Shown here piece by piece: positions 7,741-13,232 of a DNA stretch of 13,232 nt. This stretch comes from a bacterium (GTDB lineage Bacteria; Margulisbacteria; WOR-1; O2-12-FULL-45-9; XYB2-FULL-48-7). Each line of letters begins with the position of its first letter. Positions within the stretch are counted from its first letter, which is position 1. The notes under the pieces are model-generated. The model was not told the DNA's origin. It worked only from the letters and a program-made list of their open reading frames with translations, and searched no databases. The stretch is from positions 1 through 13,232 of the forward strand of contig JBDRLW010000016.1 of NCBI GenBank assembly GCA_043812655.1, in the 5' to 3' direction. The position numbers were made by a program, and so were the translations under genes.

Positions 7741-8145
7741 ATGAAAATATTAATTTCATTAACTTTATTTATTCTAATAATAATACATTCTGTTTCATTT
7801 GCGGAATATTCTCAATTAAATCAATCAAAGGCTATTGGTTTAGCTTTATCCCTTCCAGCCTTAATATCTGTTAATTTTTGGGTTAATAATAGAAATTATT
7901 TTGAGTACTCAATGGTAGGCAGTTATAGATATTTAAATAAGTTCTTTGAAGATTATTATCTGGGCATAGGCTACCTAAATGGACAAGATGAAATACGAGG
8001 AAACTTTTTTGGCACAATTGGCATTGCTTCACAAACTAATATTGATTGGATGTATTTGGATTTAGGTTTAATTTATTTCCCTTCATTTACTGGAGCTTTT
8101 TCTTTGTTGCCAATTGTACAAATTGGAACCAGGTTAAAATTTTAA
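7741..8145 (+). CDS. Hypothetical exported protein, probable small outer-membrane beta-barrel
   Basis: 134 aa; signal peptide MKILISLTLFILIIIHSVSFA; aromatic/Gly alternating segments (YYLGIGY, YLDLGLIY); ends QIGTRLKF with a terminal Phe; visibly more AT-rich than its neighbours. Confidence 0.7.
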   Translation: MKILISLTLFILIIIHSVSFAEYSQLNQSKAIGLALSLPALISVNFWVNNRNYFEYSMVGSYRYLNKFFEDYYLGIGYLNGQDEIRGNFFGTIGIASQTNIDWMYLDLGLIYFPSFTGAFSLLPIVQIGTRLKF

Positions 8146-8150
8146 TTATT

Positions 8151-8175
8151 CCCCACACTTCAGTGTGGGGTTTTT
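8151..8175 (+). terminator. Rho-independent terminator
   Basis: CCCCACAC-TTCA-GTGTGGGG, a perfect 8-bp stem followed by TTTTT, 5 nt after the stop. Confidence 0.8.
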
Positions 8176-8238
8176 ACTTTCCCTTCAGCTAAATTCAGGA
8201 AAGGCCAAAATTCCTGTATTTAACATTAATTAAGAATC

Positions 8239-8247
8239 TGATATAAT
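8239..8247 (+). promoter_or_regulatory. Extended -10 promoter; purC probably leaderless
   Basis: TGaTATAAT is a perfect TGnTATAAT, 5 nt before TTG 8253 and 8 nt before ATG 8256; no SD. Confidence 0.7.
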
Positions 8248-8252
8248 CACAC

Positions 8253-9146
8253 TTGATGGAGCAGATATTATTAGATATTGACCTCCCGGGAATTAAAGCC
8301 TTTAAAAAAGGTAAAGTCAGAAATGTTTTTGACCTTGGGGATTCCTTGCTGCTCGTCGCTTCCGATCGTATCTCCGCCTTCGATTCCGTCATGCCTAATG
8401 GCATTCCCGACAAAGGGGCAATTTTAACCCAGATCTCTCTCTTCTGGTTTAACCTTACCAAAAACCTGATCAAGAACCATATTATTGAATCAGATGTTGA
8501 AAAGTATCCAGCTCAACTGCTACCATTTAAAGATAAATTAGCTAAGCGGTCAGTGATCGGAAAGAAAGCGGAACTGATCCCGGTTGAGTGCGTCGTCCGC
8601 GGTTATCTTTCCGGCTCCGGTTGGAAAGATTATCAAAAGTCACAATCGATCTGCGGCATTAAACTACCATCAGGCCTGCGGGAATCAGAAAAGCTGCCCG
8701 AGCCGATCTTCACGCCAACGACCAAAGCGGAGCAGGGACATGATCTTAATATTACCGAGAAAGAGGTCGTTGATTTAGTCGGCAAAGAGACCGCGAATAC
8801 TATTAAAGAAAAGACTTTGGCCGCTTATAAGATGTGCGCCGATTACGCTGATAAGAAGGGGATCATCTTGGCTGACACCAAATTTGAATTTGGTTTTGTC
8901 AATAATGAGATAATAATTATCGACGAAATGCTAACGCCTGATTCTTCGCGGTTTTGGCCGAAAGATCTATATAAAGTTGGCCAGGCCCAGCCCAGCTATG
9001 ACAAACAGTTTGTCCGTGATTATTTGGAATCGATTAAATGGAATAAAGAACCACCGGCGCCTAATCTACCCGAGGAAGTGGTCCAAAAGACACGGGAAAA
9101 ATATCTGGAAGCTTTCCGGAAAATAACCGGTAAAACTTCACTATGA
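8253..9146 (+). CDS. purC: SAICAR synthetase (long Ade1-like form); start may be ATG 8256
   Basis: GKVR, SDRISAFD, PVECVVRGYL, FTPTTKA, ADTKFEFG, DEMLTPDSSRFW and YDKQFVRDYL. Confidence 0.97.
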   Translation: MMEQILLDIDLPGIKAFKKGKVRNVFDLGDSLLLVASDRISAFDSVMPNGIPDKGAILTQISLFWFNLTKNLIKNHIIESDVEKYPAQLLPFKDKLAKRSVIGKKAELIPVECVVRGYLSGSGWKDYQKSQSICGIKLPSGLRESEKLPEPIFTPTTKAEQGHDLNITEKEVVDLVGKETANTIKEKTLAAYKMCADYADKKGIILADTKFEFGFVNNEIIIIDEMLTPDSSRFWPKDLYKVGQAQPSYDKQFVRDYLESIKWNKEPPAPNLPEEVVQKTREKYLEAFRKITGKTSL

Positions 9147-10201
9147 AACCGCTTCGCGATCGAACCCGAAAAGTAAAAGTAGGGAAGGTTGTAATTGGCG
9201 GCGGCAGTCCTGTTTCCGTCCAATCAATGACCAAGACCAAAACCTCTAATGTTGACGCTACCGTTAAACAAATTCATGAGCTAGAAGCGGCTGGCTGTCA
9301 AATTATCCGTTGTGCGGTTCCTGATAAAGAATCAGCCGAAGCGTTGAAAGAAATAAAAAGACAAATCAATATTCCACTCGTTGCCGATATCCATTTCAAT
9401 TATGAGCACGCCATTATTGCCGCCAATGCCGGCGTCGATAAACTTCGAATAAATCCAGGCAATATCGGCGATAAAGATAAGATCAAAGCAGTCGTAACAG
9501 CCGCTAAAAATAATGGGATTCCGATCAGAATTGGTGTTAATTCCGGTTCGCTGGAAAAAGAAATCCTTAAACAATACAAAGGTTACGTTACCGCCGAAGG
9601 CTTGGTAAAAAGCGCGCTCAAGAACGTTAAAATATTGGAAGACCTTAAATTTAAAGATATTGTGATCTCTCTTAAGGCCACTTCAGTCCCCATGACGATC
9701 AAGGCTTATCGGTTAATTACCATGAAAACCAGATATCCTCTGCATGTGGGAATTACCGAAGCCGGAGTTCCCAGCGTTGGGGTGACTCGTTCGGCCGTCG
9801 GCATCGGTGCAATTTTAGCCGCTGGCATCGGCGACACGATCCGGGTTTCCTTAACTGGCAACCCAGTCCCGGAAGTTTTAACTGGGATAGAAATATTGAA
9901 GTCTCTCGATTTGATCCCGCAAGGGATTAAAATCATTTCTTGTCCCACTTGCGGCCGAGCCGATATTAATGTTGAGGCAATTGCCGAAGAAATTGAAAAA
10001 AGAACAAAGCACCTTAAAAAATCACTGACAATTGCTATAATGGGGTGTGAAGTGAATGGGCCGGGCGAAGCAATGTCGGCTGATATTGGACTGGCCGGCG
10101 GGCGCGGGGTAGGGCTCATTTTCCGCAATGGAAAAGTCGTCCGCAAAGTCGCGGAAAGCGAAATGATAGATGCCTTAATGGCCGAAATCGAAAGGAGTTA
10201 A
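9143..10201 (+). CDS. ispG: 4-hydroxy-3-methylbut-2-en-1-yl diphosphate synthase (flavodoxin-type, 2-domain)
   Basis: 352 aa; VQSMT, ADIHF, RINPGN, HVGITEAG, GDTIRVSL, CPTCGR and GCEVNGPGE (4Fe-4S ligands); ATGA overlap with purC. Confidence 0.97.
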   Translation: MKPLRDRTRKVKVGKVVIGGGSPVSVQSMTKTKTSNVDATVKQIHELEAAGCQIIRCAVPDKESAEALKEIKRQINIPLVADIHFNYEHAIIAANAGVDKLRINPGNIGDKDKIKAVVTAAKNNGIPIRIGVNSGSLEKEILKQYKGYVTAEGLVKSALKNVKILEDLKFKDIVISLKATSVPMTIKAYRLITMKTRYPLHVGITEAGVPSVGVTRSAVGIGAILAAGIGDTIRVSLTGNPVPEVLTGIEILKSLDLIPQGIKIISCPTCGRADINVEAIAEEIEKRTKHLKKSLTIAIMGCEVNGPGEAMSADIGLAGGRGVGLIFRNGKVVRKVAESEMIDALMAEIERS

Positions 10202-10202
10202 C

Positions 10203-11495
10203 ATGATCGATCGTTATACGATGCCGAAGATGCGAGAAATATGGTCGGAGGAGAATAAATTCCGAAAATGGCTGGAGGTTGAAATTGCCGCCTGCGAAGC
10301 CTGGTCTACACTGGGAAAGATACCAAAAGATGCTTTGGCTAAAATTAAAAGGAAAGCCGCTTTTGACATCAATCGCATCAATGAGATCGAAAAAGAAACA
10401 GCCCACGATCTGATCGCCTTTTTAACTTCGGTCGCCGAAAAGGTCGGCCGGGAATCGCGCTTTATCCACTTAGGCTTAACTTCTTATGATATAGAAGACA
10501 CCTCCAGGTCAATGCAGCTGCGCGATGCCGCCGGATTAATTATCAAAGACATTGAAGAAGTCATTAAGATCATTAAAAGACGGGCCAAAGAAGAAAAACA
10601 TACTGTTATGATGGGCCGCACGCACGGCGTCCATGCTGAACCGATCACTTTTGGCCTAAAGTTGCTCGTTTGGGCCGCCGAAATGGAAAGAAACCTAGAA
10701 AGAATGCAGCACGCCAAAGAAACTATTTCTGTCGGTAAAATATCAGGAGCCGTTGGGACCTACGCCGCGGTCGATCCACGGGTCGAAGAATATGTCTGCC
10801 GTAAACTCAAACTTAAAGCTTCGCCAGCCTCAACCCAGGTCTTGCAGCGCGATCGCCATGCCGAATACATGACAACTATCGCGGTCATTGCAGCCTCACT
10901 AGAACAATTTGCGACCGAGATCCGTAATTTACAACGGACCGAAGTCTGGGAAGTTGAAGAACCGTTCGGCAAAGGCCAAAAAGGCTCATCCGCTATGCCG
11001 CACAAGAAAAATCCGATCACTTGCGAGCGGATAGCTGGCTTAGCCCGCGTTGTCCGAGGTAATGCAGTGGCAGCACTCGAAAATGTCGCTCTGTGGCATG
11101 AGCGAGATATCACTCATTCATCGGTCGAACGGGTTATTTTGCCCGATAGCTGTTTACTCATTGATTATATGCTTCAAATGTTTGCCAAAGTTATGGATGG
11201 TCTAGTGATTTTCCCCCAGAATATGCGCAATAACATCGAAAAATCCAATGGTTTGATCTTCTCGCAGAAACTTTTATTAGCCTTGGCAGAAAAAGGCTTA
11301 ACCCGGGAAGAAGGTTATCAAATAGTCCAAACCGCGGCCATGAAAGCCAGGAATTCAGGCAAAAATCTTAAAGATCTGATGCTGGAAGATCGCGAAGCTT
11401 TAAAACATCTTTCCGTTGATGAAATTAACAAAATTTTTGACATCAGAAATCATCTTAAGAATGTTGATGTTATATTTAGGAGGTTTGGTTTATAA
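10203..11495 (+). CDS. purB: Adenylosuccinate lyase
   Basis: 430 aa; MIDRY start, HLGLTS, GRTHGVHAEP, SSAMPHKKNP signature and WHERDITHSSVER; SD AAGGAG upstream. Confidence 0.97.
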   Translation: MIDRYTMPKMREIWSEENKFRKWLEVEIAACEAWSTLGKIPKDALAKIKRKAAFDINRINEIEKETAHDLIAFLTSVAEKVGRESRFIHLGLTSYDIEDTSRSMQLRDAAGLIIKDIEEVIKIIKRRAKEEKHTVMMGRTHGVHAEPITFGLKLLVWAAEMERNLERMQHAKETISVGKISGAVGTYAAVDPRVEEYVCRKLKLKASPASTQVLQRDRHAEYMTTIAVIAASLEQFATEIRNLQRTEVWEVEEPFGKGQKGSSAMPHKKNPITCERIAGLARVVRGNAVAALENVALWHERDITHSSVERVILPDSCLLIDYMLQMFAKVMDGLVIFPQNMRNNIEKSNGLIFSQKLLLALAEKGLTREEGYQIVQTAAMKARNSGKNLKDLMLEDREALKHLSVDEINKIFDIRNHLKNVDVIFRRFGL

Positions 11496-11555
11496 GGTAA
11501 CGCTTCACGAACATGATAAGCTAGTCTCATATCTCAAATGGAAAGGAAAATTTAA

Positions 11556-11804
11556 ATGGCAAAAGTAAAAGTTTTTGTTACTCCCAAAAAAGGTGTCTTA
11601 GATCCTCAAGGTAAAACAGTGGAAACAGCACTGCATACTCTTGGCTATAAGAATGTTTCCGGCCTCCAAATCGGTAAATACATTGAATTGGAACTACCTA
11701 ACCAACTAACCAACCAACAGACTAACCAACAAGTCGAAGAAATGGCCAAGAAACTTCTCTCTAATCCCGTGATTGAAGATTTTCGGTATGAGGTCATTAA
11801 ATAA
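11556..11804 (+). CDS. purS: FGAM synthase subunit PurS
   Basis: 82 aa; VLDPQG, GKYIEL and LLSNPVIE. Confidence 0.95.
   Translation: MAKVKVFVTPKKGVLDPQGKTVETALHTLGYKNVSGLQIGKYIELELPNQLTNQQTNQQVEEMAKKLLSNPVIEDFRYEVIK
11694..11732 (+). repeat. In-frame 4-nt-periodic (CNAA)n tract in purS
   Basis: CTAC CTAA CCAA CTAA CCAA CCAA CAGA CTAA CCAA CAA; encodes [13 protein letters not shown]. Confidence 0.9.
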
Positions 11805-12463
11805 TGAGGTTTGGGGTTGTTGTTTTTCCCGGTTCCAATTGTGACCAAGATTGTTTTAATGTTGTTAAGGACGTTTTAAAGCAACCGGTCGAATATATTT
11901 GGCATCAGGAAACTAAATTAAAAGATTTTGACTGCATTATTATCCCAGGCGGCTTTTCTTATGGTGATTACCTAAGATGTGGCGCTATTGCCCGTTTTTC
12001 CCCTATTATGGAAAAAATTAAGGAATTCGGGGGTAGGGGTGGTAAAATTATCGGTATTTGTAATGGCTTTCAGGTTTTAACCGAAGCCGGCCTACTTCCC
12101 GGCGCCTTAGTTAGGAATAAAGACCTTCATTTTATCTGTAAACATGTAACTATTCAGGTTGAAAACAATAAAACACCTTTTACTAACAAACTAACCAACA
12201 AACAAACTCTCCGCATTCCAATCGCTCATGGCGAAGGAAATTACACTTGTGATAAAGAAACATTAAATTCATTAATTAAAAATAAACAAATTGTTTTTAC
12301 TTATGCAAAAGAAAATCCTAATGGCTCATTAAAGAACATTGCCGGCATCTGCAACCAAGAACGGAACATATTAGGTATGATGCCACACCCAGAACGGGCT
12401 TCAGAATCAATTTTAGGCTCCGAAGACGGCTTATTGATCTTTAAATCAATATTAGCCTCATAA
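11804..12463 (+). CDS. purQ: FGAM synthase glutaminase subunit PurQ
   Basis: 219 aa; [24 protein letters not shown] (catalytic Cys), IAHGEG and MPHPER; TAATG overlap with purS. Confidence 0.97.
   Translation: MRFGVVVFPGSNCDQDCFNVVKDVLKQPVEYIWHQETKLKDFDCIIIPGGFSYGDYLRCGAIARFSPIMEKIKEFGGRGGKIIGICNGFQVLTEAGLLPGALVRNKDLHFICKHVTIQVENNKTPFTNKLTNKQTLRIPIAHGEGNYTCDKETLNSLIKNKQIVFTYAKENPNGSLKNIAGICNQERNILGMMPHPERASESILGSEDGLLIFKSILAS
12183..12208 (+). repeat. In-frame 4-nt-periodic (CNAA)n tract in purQ
   Basis: CTAA CAAA CTAA CCAA CAAA CAAA CT; encodes TNKLTNKQT. Confidence 0.85.
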
Positions 12464-12564
12464 TCCAGTTTTTGCAGTATTTTAGCCAAATTAAGCCCTA
12501 AATAAACGCTTTTATAGCCACGTTAGTAGATAAACTCGCATAATAACCTAACGAAGGTCAGAAG

Positions 12565-12697
12565 AAACTACAAATGACAAAACACAATCACCAAATAATA
12601 CCAAAACAACAAATATCAATACAAAAATACAGTTTTAGTTTTGTATTTTTGTGCTTTGGTATTGTTTGTTATTTGAGGCTTGTAATTTGGAGTTTTT
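12565..12697. repeat. Long intergenic palindrome of degenerate heptamers downstream of purQ
   Basis: Left AACTACA AATGACA AAACACA ATCACCA; right TGTTATT TGAGGCT TGTAATT TGGAGTT. The arms align without gaps over about 45 nt with scattered mismatches. There is also a perfect 11-bp inner stem, 12621..12631 with 12642..12652. Confidence 0.85.
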
Positions 12698-12749
12698 ACT
12701 TAATCAGTGAGAGGGTTATGGCATTACACAATAAAAAAACCAAAATTTT

Positions 12750-12784
12750 CCTACTTACAACTTAATTCTTACCACTTATCACTT
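12750..12784 (+). repeat. Five degenerate tandem heptamers (NNNACTT-like)
   Basis: CCTACTT ACAACTT AATTCTT ACCACTT ATCACTT. Confidence 0.7.
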
Positions 12785-12858
12785 TTGGCTGTTAAGAACG
12801 ATGTGGATAACACTGGGGTGACGTTGTTTTTAGCACTCTCACAACAAATATCAACCAT
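12769..12858 (-). CDS. Candidate 29-aa small ORF
   Basis: MVDICCESAKNNVTPVLSTSFLTAKSDKW*, preceded by a strong SD-like GAGGGGGTGA; no recognisable homology. Confidence 0.3.
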   Translation of the reverse strand: MVDICCESAKNNVTPVLSTSFLTAKSDKW

Positions 12859-12944
12859 TCATCACCCCCTCATATATTAACATAAGATATATTATGCGAC
12901 ACTATATAATAGTGAAAAAACATGTTTTTTTAAGGCTTTTATTT

Positions 12945-12972
12945 TTGCTTTACTCATTTATTGTTGTATAAT
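12945..12972 (+). promoter_or_regulatory. Sigma70-like promoter; downstream gene probably leaderless
   Basis: TTGCTT (12945..12950)-N16-TATAAT (12967..12972), then 6 nt to ATG 12979. Confidence 0.6.
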
Positions 12973-12978
12973 TACGCC

Positions 12979-13232
12979 ATGGCTGAAGGACCTATTGTCC
13001 CGATAAATCCAACGCCAGGATCGAGCAATGAAGCGATCTCTGGCAATCAAGCTGTTGTTTTTACTGCTACCGATAAAAAAGTCATCGAAGAACGCGGCGG
13101 CGGCCTACTCTCCCCCGGCAAAACATTTTTACAAACTATCGCCAGCCAGGGAGTTGGTGAGATCGCCGCCAAAGTAGAGAACGAAGAACCGACAATTAAT
13201 GAGGATCGGAATCAAGCCTCATTAAAAGGCCG
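12979..13232 (+). CDS. Hypothetical protein, 3' partial
   Basis: Open from ATG 12979 to the window end (84 codons): MAEGPIVPINPTPGSSNEAISGNQAVVFTATDKKVIEERGGGLLSPGKTFLQ...; no family recognised. Confidence 0.7.
   Translation, partial: MAEGPIVPINPTPGSSNEAISGNQAVVFTATDKKVIEERGGGLLSPGKTFLQTIASQGVGEIAAKVENEEPTINEDRNQASLKG

Noticed and set aside
2430..12489. Numerous 60-146 aa ORFs overlapping fhs, folE, pgi, pgm, wecG, purC, ispG, purB, purS and purQ
   Set aside because: Shadow frames of well-conserved housekeeping genes, with no SD or motif support.
12553..12560. GAAGGTCA identical to the last 8 nt of the IS3 inverted repeat (134..141)
   Set aside because: An 8-nt match is plausible by chance in 13 kb, and there is no further IR similarity or transposase remnant.
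12574..12765. 63-aa ORF from the track (MTKHNHQIIPKQQ...)
   Set aside because: It is a translation of the heptamer palindrome: Q/K/N-rich then F/L/V-rich halves mirror the two arms. No independent coding evidence.
12912..12978. Frameshifted signal peptide (GTG 12912, MKKHVFLRLLF...) upstream of the 12979 gene
   Set aside because: It needs a 1-nt deletion to join the frame. The TATAAT-6nt-ATG arrangement explains a start at 12979 more simply, though this is not fully excluded.

Overview
Bacterial chromosomal window, mostly housekeeping genes. The host is probably diderm, given one likely outer-membrane protein gene; the lineage cannot be assigned from sequence alone. From left to right: (1) the 3' end and right inverted repeat of an IS3-family element, which truncates a minus-strand gene carrying an EF-hand-like loop; (2) an AT-rich MNT-HEPN toxin-antitoxin-like pair lying between a degenerate copy of the fhs 5' end and the real fhs; (3) fhs and folE on +; (4) pgm and pgi on -; (5) an unannotated 58-aa basic ORF, a WecG/TagA glycosyltransferase, a small putative beta-barrel OMP and an intrinsic terminator; (6) purC-ispG-purB-purS-purQ; (7) a repeat-rich spacer and a partial hypothetical gene. 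The most unusual signal is short-period repeat DNA, in two forms. Related 4-nt-periodic (CNAA)n tracts lie in frame inside three unrelated enzymes (fhs, purS, purQ), with an identical 17-mer shared by fhs and purQ, and appear to replace native codons rather than insert. Three intergenic imperfect palindromes with largely 7-nt-periodic arms share architecture but not sequence. Several genes look leaderless. Family assignments rest on motifs recognised by eye; no searches were run.
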